A DNA stretch of 64,000 nt from Torpedo marmorata (taxonomy: Eukaryota), in the NCBI GenBank assembly GCA_977017645.1, contig OZ360246.1, forward strand, positions 9,610,001-9,674,000. Reading direction: 5' to 3'. Below are positions 1 through 11,516 of this stretch, piece after piece. Numbering within the stretch: position 1 is the stretch's first letter; every line of letters begins with the position of its first letter. The translations under genes and the position numbers were made by a program. The notes under the pieces are model-generated. The model saw only the letters and a program-made list of their open reading frames with translations. It was not told the origin of the DNA and did no database searches.

Positions 1-64
1 CTTTCCTCTTTCTCCTCTTTTTTTCCACCCCATTTTCCCTTGGCTCGCTCCTTCTCTTACCCAG

Positions 65-276
65 ATTTGAAAGAGATACAGAACAGTAACCATAAGTACA
101 AACTTGCCTCAGGAAATCAAAGGCCTGGCCATTTCTCCACAGCACCAGTGGGCGCACTGACAGCCTCGCCGTCTTCGTTGCCACTGAGCAGCCAGGCAGC
201 CACACAGTCAGTGAGCAGCCTACAGGAGAGAATCATGTCAACTCCAGGTGGTGAAGAGGCCATTGAACGCTTAAAG
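65..276 (+). CDS. KIF1B: KIF1B exon (neck/CC1 region; internal alternative acceptor at 143)
   Basis: Polypyrimidine tract + ccag at 61-64; encodes LKEIQNSNHKYKLASGNQRPGHFSTAPVGALT...IMSTPGGEEAIERLK; donor AAG|gtacgt; 212 nt, phase 1 to 0. Confidence 0.93.
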
Positions 277-508
277 GTACGTGCTTCCTCAAACATTTGC
301 ATCCAATGTAGACTTTAATTTGCATTTGTAATAATAAGCACTTTTCTGATTAGCTTTTGGTTGTGGACACTGACTTAAAGAATGTAATTTAATAGAAAAC
401 TTGCAGTATTTAAAACTTCTACAGATGAGCAAATGTATAATGTGAGCAAATTCATCATTGGCTTTTACCTCATTAACTGTATTTATTATCTCTTAATTTA
501 ATGTATAC

Positions 509-710
509 CAGCCATTCTCAACCTTTTTTTTGGATTTTGCCTCCTTAGGATGCTGCTCAAAGTTTATGGCCCCCTTCCCTGTGAAGTAGTCGAGTTTATT
601 TGATTTTTTCCATACTTCTTTCCTACCGACTACATAAAAAACATGAAAAATACCATGATTTCAGTCCGTGGCCCCCTTAACTGTGCTGTGGCCCCCACTG
701 AGAATGGCTG
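509..710. mobile_element. hAT-type MITE
   Basis: TIRs CAGCCATTCTCA / TGAGAATGGCTG with a perfect 8-bp TSD ATGTATAC (501-508, 711-718); further copies at 13493-13722 and 61745-61961. Confidence 0.88.
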
Positions 711-1011
711 ATGTATACTATTGATTTTTTTTTCCAAAAATGAAGTACCTGTTTGGCTACAGCAAGCAAGAATTTAGGTGCACATTTACATTTTACAATG
801 TGTATGACAATAAGTTTATTTTCATTATTGGTCTTCTTCCTTAAGCACGCATGCTAATGTATTGGATAGCCTCTGGAGAAGATTTACTCGACTAATACTT
901 AGAATGGAAGGGCTCTCTTTTGAGAAAAGGTTGGACAAGCAAGATTTGTGTCTGCTAGGATTTGGAAGAGCAAATTGAATTATTTCATTGTCACATGTAC
1001 CGAGAATTAGG

Positions 1012-1294
1012 ATAAGACCATAAAATATAGGAGCAGATGTAGGCCATTTGGCCCGCCGAGTCTGTTCCGCCATTCTATCGTGAGCTGATCCATTCTCCCA
1101 CTCAGCCCCACTACCCTGCCTTCTCCCCATAACCTTTGATACCCTAACTATTTAGATACCTATCAATCTCTGCCTTAAATACACCTGGCCTCCTCAGTCG
1201 CCCATGTAGCAAATTCCAGAGGTTCCTCCGCATCTCCGTTTTAAATGGGCGCCCTTCAATCCTGAAGTTGTGCTCTCTTGTCCTTGACTCCCCT
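1012..1294 (-). mobile_element. CR1-type LINE 3' end fragment
   Basis: Minus ORF GESRTREHNFRIEGRPFKTEMRRN...VFKAEIDRYL, typical of a CR1 ORF2 C-terminus; related copies at 41445-41757 and 53617-53956. Confidence 0.82.
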
Positions 1295-1429
1295 TGTATT
1301 TGTGCACTATCCAGCAGATGGTGTGATAATAACAAATGCAGAAGACAACAATGAAGGGAGTAATGTTACAATGTCAAATAGTATGGGTGTATAGATAATA
1401 GTTCTAGTGCAAGGGCATCATGTTTTTCC

Positions 1430-1923
1430 ATCGTGAGGTGCATTCAGGAGTCTGTCTTTGAATTTGGAGGTTTGTGTTTTCAAGCTTGTGTATCTTCAGC
1501 CTGACGGAAGGGATGAGAAAAAAGTGTGTCTGAGTGGGATGGGCCCAAGAATGTGATAGCAGATTTCCTTAGGCAGTGGGAGTTCTAGACGGAGTCCATG
1601 GAGGGGAGGCTGGTCCGTGCGATGGCCTGACCTGCGTTTGCAACTCTGAGGTTTCTTGCAATCACAGGTAGAGCAGTTCACGTGATGCATTCGGAGAGGA
1701 TACTCTTTCAGGTGCATCTGAATAAGTTGGTAGGATATTTCGGACATGCCAGATTTCTTCAGGCTTCTGAGAAAGTAGAGTGTTTGGTGCGCTTTCTTGA
1801 TGGTCACATGAGCGTGGTTGGACCAGGACAAGTTATTGGTGATATGTACTGCTCAGAACTTGAAGCTTTGCACCTCAGCACCATTGATATTTGCTGGGAT
1901 GATGCTTCTCCCCGTTTCCTGAA
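1430..1923 (-). mobile_element. Degenerate Rex/Babar-like LINE, 3' part
   Basis: Minus-strand peptides DFRK, SWSNHAHVTIKKAHQTLYFLRSLKK and FFSSLPSG; the upstream part of the same RT lies at about 3340-3640. Confidence 0.72.
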
Positions 1924-3340
1924 ATCCAGGAAGGGGAGAGTGTTATCGGAGATGGACCAGGTGAGTTTGAGATCGTGGTGAAAGTTGGATGCGAAATGGA
2001 TGAAGTTGACAAGCTCATCGTGGGTGCATGAGGCAGCCCCGATGTAGTCGTCGATACACCGGATGTCGTCGATATCCTTCCTGGATCTCTCTGTCTCCAT
2101 CTCGGGAGACAAGCTTTCCACCGACATTTACTACAAACCCTCCAACTCCCACAACTATCTGGACTACACATCCTCACACCCTGTCCCCTGCAAGGACTCC
2201 ATCCCCTTCTCTCAATTTCTCCGCCTCCGCCGCATCTGTTCCAAAGATGAGGTGTTCCACTCCAGATCTTCTGAAATGTCTGCCTTTTTCCACAAACGTG
2301 GCTTCCCCTCCACCACCATCAACTCAGCCCTCACCCGCATCTCCTCCATTTCCCGCTCATCTGCCCTGGCCCCCTCTGCCCCCAGACGCAACAAACATAG
2401 AGTACCCCTCATCCTCACCTACCACCCCACCAGCCTCCGCGTCCAACACATTATCCGCCGGAATTTCCGGCACTTGCTGCAGGATCCCACCACCAGACAC
2501 ATTTTTCCTTCTCCCCTCTCGGCCTTCCGTAGGGACCGCTCCCTCCGCGATTCACTCGTGCACTCGTCCCTCCCCACCCATCGCACCCCCGGAACCTTCC
2601 CCTGTGCCCGCAGGAGGTGCAACACCTGCGCCCACACCTCCCCCCTCACCACGGTCCAGGGCCCCAAACAGGCCTTCCAAGTGAAACTACACTTCACTTG
2701 TACATCCAAAGGACTTATCTACTGCATCCGGTGCTCCCTTTGTGGCTTTCTATACATTGGAGAGACCGGTCGTAGATTGGGAGACCGCTTTGCTGAGCAC
2801 CTCCTCTCCGTCCGCAACAACAGCAACCTCCCAGTAGCCAACCATTTCAATTCTGGGTCACACTCCCACGCTCACATGTCTGTCCATGGCCTCATGTATT
2901 ATCCCACCCAGACTACCCGCAAATTGGAGGAGCAACATCTCATATTCCGTCTCGGCACTCTCCAGCAAGATGGCATTAACATTGACTTTTCTGCTTTCCA
3001 CTAAACCTGTTTGTTGTTCCCTTCCCCTCCCCCCTCACCTGTCCTTCCTGTTTTTTTCCACCCAACCAGCCATCCCTCCTCCCCCTCTTTGCTGCTGTCC
3101 CCTCCCTCCTTTCTCCACCTATCATCTCCTGCCTTTGCCACCCCCCTTCCCTCCTCACTCCTTTGTTCGGACGCCTGCCGGCATTTTCTCATACTTTGAT
3201 GAAGGGCTCAAGCCCGAAACGTCGGTTATGTATTTCTACCTTTGCTACATAAAAGACACTGTTTGACCTGCTGAGTTCTCCAGCTTTTGTGTTTTTTACT
3301 ACATTGTTACGGTGTCTACAGATTTTCGTGTTTACTTTTT
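1924..3340 (+). mobile_element. 5'-truncated Penelope-like retroelement (RT C-terminus + GIY-YIG endonuclease) with inverted 5' segment
   Basis: ORF 2063-3004: FLDL, DIYYKPSNSHNYLDYTSSHP, IPFSQFLRLRRICS, Cys-rich linker, GLIYCIRC...LYIGETGRRLGDRFAEH. The RT core segment (RCIDDYIG...LPFLD) lies on the minus strand at 1924-2062. Confidence 0.92.
3190..3230 (+). ncRNA. Minimal type I hammerhead-ribozyme-like motif in the Penelope terminus
   Basis: TTGATGA-A-GGGC-TCAA-GCCC-GAAA-CGTC, flanked by CATACT / GGTTATG that can form stem I. Confidence 0.6.
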
Positions 3341-3640
3341 ACGATAGTGGTGTCATCTGCAAATCACAGTCGTGAGTGTATCGGGACGATAGTAAGGCCT
3401 TGTGGGGCACTGATGTTTAGGGTTAATGTGGAGCAGGTCTTGCCACCATCCTCACCACTTGCAGTCCACAGGTCAAGAAGTCAAGGTTCCAGTTGCAGAA
3501 GGTTGTTGATAACTACATTTCAGAGTTTTGGGATGAGTTTGTTTAGGACTATGGTGTTGACGGCAGAACTGTAGTCCGCAATGGGAGCCGGACCCGTTGT
3601 CCAGATAATCCAGGGTAGAGTGCAGGGCCAGGGAGTTGTT
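3340..3640 (-). mobile_element. Degenerate Rex/Babar-like LINE, RT part
   Basis: Reverse complement encodes FADDTTI and LALHSTLDYLDN; separated from its 3' part by the Penelope insertion. Confidence 0.65.
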
Positions 3641-4321
3641 CACCCCTCCCCCACCGTCTTCTGACCCCATACCTGACCTTGGCTCCAAATCCTACTGTGT
3701 CTTTTTCTCTATTTCTCTTAAAGAAATTTTCTGAGCCATTTTCTTTTCATGTGATTGCATGGAAAGACGCTGCCAAATGGTCATTTCATAGTTGCCATGA
3801 CGCAAAGTGAATGCTGTAATGACTCATGAAACCTGACGTATAGTTTACGTAATAGGACCTCTTGGAAACTTTGAGGGAGCTGACAATCAGTTCCAACAAT
3901 AAATCAAGAAAGGTTATTTAAATTTGGAGCCTGCATTCAGAGCTGTAAAACCAATTTATTTCCATAATTGTAGATCAGACGATGGGCCCTTTGAATGTGC
4001 TTCAGAATCAGAATCTATTGGTCATGAGCATGTCACAAAATTTGTTGTTTGTGGCAGCATTAAAGGGAAAATATTGCTATAAAATTACATTTAATAAATA
4101 AATTAGTGCAGAAATAAGAGAAAGTGAGGTTGTGCTTGTGGCTGCCTGATGTGTTATTTGTCTAAGATGCATCAATTCAAATCTCCAGATGGCATTATAT
4201 TTGACCATCTTCATAAATTTTTCTTGGTGCCCTGGTTTGAATGTTTGTGATCCATTCACGATTCTTTGCTAATTGCAAAAACAGCAATTGGAATGGTAAT
4301 AACCAATGCATCGTTTAGATA

Positions 4322-5452
4322 CCGTATATTTTGGCGTATAAGTCGAGTCTTGAAACCCTCAAAAATCTCTCAAAAAACGGTGGTCGACTTATACGCCGGA
4401 TATATTTTTGAGACCTTAAAATCAGCTCAAAAACCGCTCCACGCTGATTCGGCGTATGTCGACCCATGAAAAACAGATTTGGCGTATAGGTCGACCCTGG
4501 AAGCACCTCCCCACCACCGGTGCCGCCGCTCCCCAACACCTCCCCACCGCCGGGCACCGCCATAAACCACCCAGACGTTCTACAATTGTAGAGCCCGAGG
4601 TCCCCGCTCCTACCTGGGAGCCTGAGGTCGCAGCTCCTGCCCGGTAAGCCGAGGCTCCTGGCCGGTAGGGTGAGGTTCCCGCTCCTGCCACGTAGTCCGA
4701 GTCCGTTCCCGCTTCTGCTGAGGAGAACGAGGTCGCCGCTCCTGCCCGGGAGAACAAGGTCGCCACTCCTGCCCGGGAGAACGAGGTCCCCGCTCCTGCC
4801 CGGGAGAACGAGGTCGCCGCTCCTGCCCGGGAGAACGAGGTCGCCGCTCCTGCCCTGGAGAACGAGGTCCCCGCTCCTGCCCAGGAGAACGAGGTCGCCA
4901 CTCCTGCCCGGGAGAACGAGGTCGCCGCTCCTGCCCAGGAGAACGAGGTCGCCGCACCTGCCCGGGAGAACGAGGTCGCCACTCCTGCCCGGGAGAACGA
5001 GGTCGCCGCTCCTGCCCAGGAGAACGAGGTCGCCACTCCTGCCCGGGAGCCGACACATAACCGTGGTTCCTGCACCGAGCACACTTGGGCAGCGAGGCGA
5101 CTTCTTCGATGCGGATAGCACCGCACCCGATGTGGAGAATGGAGTCGCCAGTCACCGACTCTGGCTGCAGCCGAAGCTGAAGACTTGGACCCAGCTCCGT
5201 TTGGCATCTTCCCGGCCAGAAGCAAAGGTTTTTTTTACTGTTTTTTTTTTTTTTACTTACTTGCTTAATTTACAGCTTTGTTACTTGGCAATTGGGGTGT
5301 TGTAACAAATTTTGGGTTGTTGCTGGGAGGCCCGGACAGCCCGAAAATTGGGGTTCGACTTATACACCGGATATACAATAAAACCATTAAAATGAGGCTG
5401 AAAAAGGGGGGTCGACTTATCCGCGAGTCGACTTATACGCCGAAATATATGG
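4322..5452. mobile_element. Non-autonomous TcMar (Tc2/pogo-like) DNA transposon
   Basis: 25-bp TIRs CCGTATATTTTGGCGTATAAGTCGA / TCGACTTATACGCCGAAATATATGG (2 mismatches); TA on both sides; internal subterminal GTCGACTTATAC repeats. Confidence 0.88.
4722..5049. repeat. 27-bp GC-rich minisatellite (about 12 copies, plus degenerate copies from about 4595)
   Basis: Unit GGAGAACGAGGTCGCCGCTCCTGCCCG; gives 9-residue periodicity in the ORF track. Confidence 0.95.
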
Positions 5453-6744
5453 TAATTATTTCTAGCATTATTCAATGAAGTGTGAGCTCAATGAACGTAA
5501 GAAGCTAGAATCTTTCATGCGGCTGGGTGAATACAGTTTTGTTACCTGAATAACTTTGCTATCTGTGCACAAATCTCAACTATATGGGTGCATCCTTGGA
5601 GAATGCTACATGTCCTGATTAGTCGGGCATCAAAGATTATGGGGAGAAGGCCGGGCAGTGGGGCTGAGTGGGACAATGGATCAGCTCATGATTAAATGAT
5701 AGGGCAGACCAGGTGGGCAGAATAGCCTATATCTTCTGTGTCTTCTGTTGCTTTATATTGGTAGATAAGTTTTAATCGGCACTAAAATATTCCATTCACA
5801 GCCATTCGATCACAAACATCACTGTGTGCTAGTACCTCATGTGTCTCTGAAAATTGTTTATTGCAACATGCTGTTGAATAAAGGATACAGTTGCTTCGGG
5901 ATTCATACATTTTGGAGCAGATGTCTTAAGTAGCCTCTACTTTCCCTCCCACCCACCTTGTATCTCTGCACGTATTAGTGCTTAATTATTCTGCAGGTCG
6001 CGTGTGAAGAGAACTTCAAAATGATGCGCTTGCAACCATTAGTATGTGTTGCCACGGCAACTGGAGACGATACCTTGCAGACTCCTGACGGGGAAGCTCG
6101 CTGCATGATGTCAATTCTGCAGATAGTAAAAATAATATTTCAGGGCAGATGTGAATTAAAATTACTGAGGGACTTTGCACTTTTATGGATTAAGTCATCC
6201 AAGTCCAGACATAGGATGCAAAGCAGCATCACTGATATGGTTCAATATCATCTTCACAATTTATATTGCTTTATGTGAAATGCTTAATTTAAATAACATT
6301 TAGGGCATGCCAATAGTGAAGGCACTAGTGAATGTAATAAAGACATTAATTTTACAATGTGTGGCATCAACAGAAGAAGCTGAAATTCACTACCTCAAAT
6401 TTGCTGCAGCATTTAAATAATGTAGCAGTAAATAAATGTCGTGGTCATAACAGCCCCGATTAACAATCAGCAGTACAAGCAAAGCTCTTGAGTGAAACAT
6501 TCTTAACCCACCACCTGTCCCTTGACTCCGTCTTTTTCCACCAATTCATTTCCCTAATTCCGTGATCAACCCCCCTCAGATAGGGCTCTAAATATTCTCA
6601 CCTCTTAGTCGCTCCTTCTTCTACCCTTTGTACAACTTCCCTTTTCTCTTGGAAGCTTCAAGTTTAACATTTTGATCAAGCTTTTGTTCTCTGTCCTAAT
6701 ATCTCTAAATGTCATCGTCACGCAGCAGAGGAACAGGTCCTCTA

Positions 6745-6845
6745 GTAAAAACACATAAATGCTGGAGGGAGTCAGCAGGTCTCACAGCATCCATAGGAGG
6801 TAAAGATGAAACCGACGTTTCGCGTCTGAGCCCTTATTCAACAGG
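6745..6845 (-). mobile_element. Penelope-like terminal fragment (inverted)
   Basis: Reverse complement matches the terminus at 3190-3300 (AAGGGCTCAG...GAAACGTCGGT...GACCTGCTGAC...TCCAGC). Confidence 0.7.
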
Positions 6846-7084
6846 TCCTCTGACCCACTGCGGCCATTCAGCCCATTGAGCACCCATCCATCTAAACCCA
6901 TTAACCAGCACCTGGTCCTGTGTCTCGCCATTTCAAGTGCTCGTATATTGCGAGTGTCTCTGCCTCTGTTGCTCACTCAGGCAGTGTGTCCCAAATCCCA
7001 ACCACCCTCTGGGGGGAAAAAAAATAATCTGATCCCTTTGAACTCCCCATCCCCTCTCCCACACCTGTGCTAAGGGGAGAGGTA

Positions 7085-7695
7085 CCCCTCGGCTGTGTCC
7101 ACCACAATAGTGGGGATCTCCCAATGACCCCCCATTTCAATTCCCCGCCCCATTCCCATGCCGACATGTCTGTCCATGGTCTCCTGCACTGCCAGACTGA
7201 GACTATCTGAAAATTGGAGGAACAATATCTCGTATTCCGTATGGGCACCCTCCATCTGGATGGCATTAACATCGGCTTCTCCAGTTACTGTTCACCCCCC
7301 AACCCCTTCCCGCGCCCCCCCCACATCTTTCCCTATGTCTCCATTCCTCTTGCTCCTTTTCCCTCTTGCCTCCTTTCCCCTAGCTCTGCTTCCACAGCCC
7401 CAAACAAACTACCCCTCCCCCAGTCAATTCTCACCTTTCCTCTCTCCTGTGTCCCATCATATACAATTAACACCTTTTGTCTGGTGGCCTGTACTACTCC
7501 CCTGCCCATTCTTCCCTCCCCAGCCTTTTATTCAGGCACCTGCCTGCTTTTTACTCATACTTTGAAGAAGGGCTCAGGCCCGAAACGTCGGTTATAGATC
7601 TTTTTCTCTTATGGACGCTGCGAGACCTGCTGAGTTCCTCCAGCATTTCTGTTTTGACTACAATCACAGCGTCCGCAGACTTTTGTGTTTCACTC
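7085..7695 (+). mobile_element. Penelope-like element 3' fragment with terminal hammerhead-like motif (7556-7596)
   Basis: Peptide EEQYLVFRMGTLHLDGINIGFS matches the end of the 2063-3004 ORF; followed by a pyrimidine-rich UTR and TTGAAGA-A-GGGC-TCAG-GCCC-GAAACGTC. Confidence 0.85.
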
Positions 7696-8751
7696 GAAGG
7701 TGAGAGGTTTCCAACTATTAATGCCCCTTGTAATATCTAGTTCCCCCCCTCGACCTCCTCTTCCCCACAAAATATGAGCTTTTTGAGAAAAATATTTAGG
7801 AGTTCCAATGACTTGTAACCCACATAGAGAGAAAAAAACATTGCTTCATCCTTTCCTTAGATGGGCAATCCATTTTTTATTACAATAACCCTCCCCCACT
7901 TGATGAGAGTGTTATTTTTGGTAATAGTCTATCAAGCACTTTGGTACATTTGAAGGTGCTACTAAAATGGAAGTTGGTATTTGTTGATGGGATGTGGCAA
8001 TTAATATTTTTGATGACTCCACATTTAATTGTGGCTGAAAATAAGTTCCTTTCCTTGAAGCATATCTGCTGAAGTTGCCTGATGTCGTGCCAGATTGGAT
8101 TGCTAACACCCAGATTTGTCAGGACAGTGAATTATTTATTTCCTTAAAATGTAGTTATTTCTGTTAAGCTGATGGCTTTGGATAAGTGAAACTATCCTTA
8201 ATATGTATAGTTGGGCCTAGGTGGCTTCTTTACGCAGCCGGTGTTGGAGATGTGCTGCGATTTGAACAATGATTTCTGGGGTAATCTTGTGGTGTTTGTC
8301 TACCTGGAGAATCCTCAGGGATTGTTGCTCAGTAGTTGGAATTTAACAAATGCTGAATTTCATTGTTATTGTTTCAGGAATGATTTAAGGTGGAAACACA
8401 AGGTCAGGCAGCATCTGTGGAGGGACATTTCAGCTTGAAGTCTCTGTTTTGATGAAGGGTGATTCAATCTAAAATGTTTAGAACTGTTTTTCACTTTCAA
8501 CCGATGATGCCTGACCTGCTGAATATTTCCAACATTTTCTGTTTTTACAAGTATTAAAATATGGCCCTGTGCACGAAATTTTGAGTAGTTTTCACTATCT
8601 TCTGCAAAAACACACACATCTTATTACATTAATGGAACTTGCCTCGGAAAGTTATTTGTTTTTCTTCTGTGATGTATTTGCTATGTAAAGATTACGACTG
8701 AAAATTTAAGCATATGAAGTGTTTTAATATTTTTAATCCCTCTCTTTGTAG

Positions 8752-8880
<129 letters not shown>

Positions 8881-9059
8881 TAATCTGTCATCTGACTATT
8901 CAGCAGTCCTGATGTTTTGACATCTGGCTCACCAATGATGTTTGCACACTCCACTTACATCGAGGCACCAGTTCCTAAACTTGCTTTTACTTCATAGGAT
9001 TCACTGGAGTATTTATTATAATAATGTGCAACATCTGAAAAAAAAAAATTAACGAGTTG

Positions 9060-9230
9060 AACGTTCTCCCCATGACCGTGGAGGTTTCCTCCGGGTGCTC
9101 TGGTTTCCTCCTACATTTCAAAGACGTATGGGGTTAGTAGGTTAATTGGACATATTGGTGTATTGGGCGGCACGGGCTCGTGGGCTGGAAGGGCTGTTAC
9201 CGTGCTGTATCTCTAAAAAATTTTAAATTA
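9060..9230 (+). mobile_element. V-SINE (HE1-like), 5'-truncated
   Basis: Central domain ACGTTCTCCCC...GGTTTCCTCCGGGTGCTCTGGTTTCCTCC and the shared 3' tail. Confidence 0.8.
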
Positions 9231-10102
9231 ATGAAATGTGTTGGGGTATTAATTGGGATAGCATTCAATAATCCAGAAAATCTCCCAGTTTGGCAGCACT
9301 AAAGTCTGGGATTACTGGATATTTCCTGTTTGTCTTTTAAAGCAATAAGGAGCTGATTGTAATTCAGCTCATTATCATCGCTACAAATGCTGAACTAATT
9401 TTTGTTCTGATTCAATAAAACTGAACAAGTTCCACTTGTGTCAGTACAATGTACAGATGCACTGAAATTCTTACTTGCTGCAGCCACACAGGTCCGTAAA
9501 TAGACCAACAACAATTGTATAAATTAAATTTTCACAATGAGGAAAATATAAAATTATAGATCTATAAATAGAGCAGTTGGTACAAAATAAAAATTAATGT
9601 TTCAATAATGCAGATGCTGGAAATCTGAAATAAAAGCACAAAGTGCTAAATACCAGGCAGCATCTATGGAGGAAGAAACAGAATGTTTCATCTACTTTTC
9701 ATCAGAACTGGGCATGGGTGTAGATGTGCGTTTTTTTTGACTTGCAAAGTAGCTAAAATATGCACCATTCCCTCAAAAAACCCAGCCTTTATTATGCAGC
9801 CACATTCACCGCCACCTGGATGGTATTGTTAAACACTTCAATCTTTTATTTAATTAATGAAATAAAAACATTTAAAATTTCCTTGTGGAAGCATTATCAA
9901 GCTCAACATATGACACCAAGTTATGATAGTAGGGATGGTTTTGAGGATTCTGTTGTGGGGGGGGGGTGTGGGGGAGACTGAAATTCTTCTGAGTGGCGCA
10001 TTTTACTTGTGATCACAGCTGCGGAGTGTGATCCTTTAAATGTTGACAAAATGGACAACAATTTGTTGTTGTTGTGTTTTGTGAGAGTAATAGAAACAAA
10101 TG

Positions 10103-10651
10103 CAGGTGCTCCCCTACTTACGATGGTCGATAGCGTGACTGTCGTTATTTACTAAAGTAAGGTAATCGCAAGCATCGTTGATTTTTACAATAAACTTTGA
10201 TAATTCCTCTAAGGTGAATTCTTTGTAGCCTCCTTGGTCAATCACTTCTTTTAGTTCAGTTGGAAAGCTTGCAGGGACTGATACAGTGCTGTCGGGAGAG
10301 AGCGGGGCAGTGGGATCAGTGTGGGAACTGATACAGCGCTGTCGGGAGAGAGCGGGGCAGCGGGATCAGTGTGGGAACTGATACAGCGCTGTCGGGAGAG
10401 AGCGGGGCAGCGGGATCAGTGTGGGAACTGATACAGCACTGTCGGGGGAGAACGGGGCAGTGGGATCAGTTTTGGGAATGATAAAGGGCTGTAGGGAGAG
10501 AGCGGGGCAATGGGATCACTGGGGCAGTGGGGACTGATACAACGCTGTCGGTGTTATACAATGTATACCTGTATTCTTTTTCGACTTAGATTTTTTCGAC
10601 TTACGATGGGTTTGCTGGAACGTAAACCCATCGTAAGTTGAGGAGCACCTG
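10103..10651. mobile_element. Tigger-like TcMar MITE containing a minisatellite
   Basis: TIRs CAGGTGCTCCCCTACTTACGATGG / CCATCGTAAGTTGAGGAGCACCTG; TA on the right, TG on the left. Confidence 0.85.
10277..10551. repeat. 50-bp minisatellite (about 5 copies)
   Basis: Unit ACTGATACAGCGCTGTCGGGAGAGAGCGGGGCAGCGGGATCAGTGTGGGA starting at 10277, 10327, 10377 and 10427, then degenerate. Confidence 0.93.
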
Positions 10652-11049
10652 TAATGTAAGATGGCAGTCAACAAAGATTCCTCTTAATTACTAAAACAAA
10701 AGTGTACAAACTTGTGGTGACTCTTTAACACTCAGTTGCAGACCATCTTTCTCCATCTGCATTCATCGCCGTTTGACAGATGTTGTTCCAATTTTGTGAA
10801 GAAATCTAACCAAAAAGGTGGACTCTGGGTGTTATAAACATTGTGCAAGAATTAATAGGACCCACATTCGCAGGAATCACATTCTATTTGATTTAGAGTG
10901 CACTGCTCATGCTCATGTATGATGACATTTTTAAATGTTTGTTTGAATATTGCTGAAGCTACTTAATTTGACATTCATTTGTGCTTTATGTATTTAAAGT
11001 GTCTTTTGGGGATTTAAAACTAACATTTTTGTACTGGAGACACGAGAGA

Positions 11050-11222
11050 GACTGTAGATGCTAGAATGTGTAGCATATAAACTCAGTGGGTCGAGCAGCA
11101 TCAGTGGGAGAAAATGGATGGTCGACGTTTAGGGTCTGAATGAAGGGTTCCGACCTGAAACAGCGACCTTTCTTATTCTCCCATTGATGCTGTTCGAGCT
11201 GCTGAGTTTCTCCAGCAGATTG
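11050..11222. mobile_element. Head-to-head Penelope-terminus hairpin element
   Basis: Left arm AACTCAGTGGGTCGAGCAGCATCAGTGGGAGAA is near-complementary to right arm TTCTCCCATTGATGCTGTTCGAGCTGCTGAGTT; centre has TGAAGGGTTCCGACCTGAAAC. Confidence 0.7.
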
Positions 11223-11408
11223 CTGTTAACGTATTTGTACATCTGGCCATGCTGAATTTCCACTTTAGGTTGATTTTTCAGTAAAGGTTCTTCAATTGCT
11301 TTCTTTTTAGTGCAGAATCCCTTAATAGCTTCAATGCAATGCTGTAATCGCTCTGAAGAGCAGTTTAGAGTGAACTGAAGCTGCATATTACCAGCTAAAG
11401 AGATGTGA

Positions 11409-11516
<108 letters not shown>

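Noticed and set aside
2028-2709. Alternative-frame and antisense ORFs over the Penelope element
   Set aside because: Shadows of the C-rich Penelope ORF with no recognisable motifs.
4722-5049. CRISPR-like regular repeats (also 10277-10551)
   Set aside because: Head-to-tail tandem units with no unique spacers, in eukaryotic intronic DNA with no cas genes.
4315-5305. Several long overlapping ORFs (181-268 aa) on both strands
   Set aside because: Artefacts of a stop-free 27-bp GC-rich minisatellite inside a MITE; no transposase motifs.
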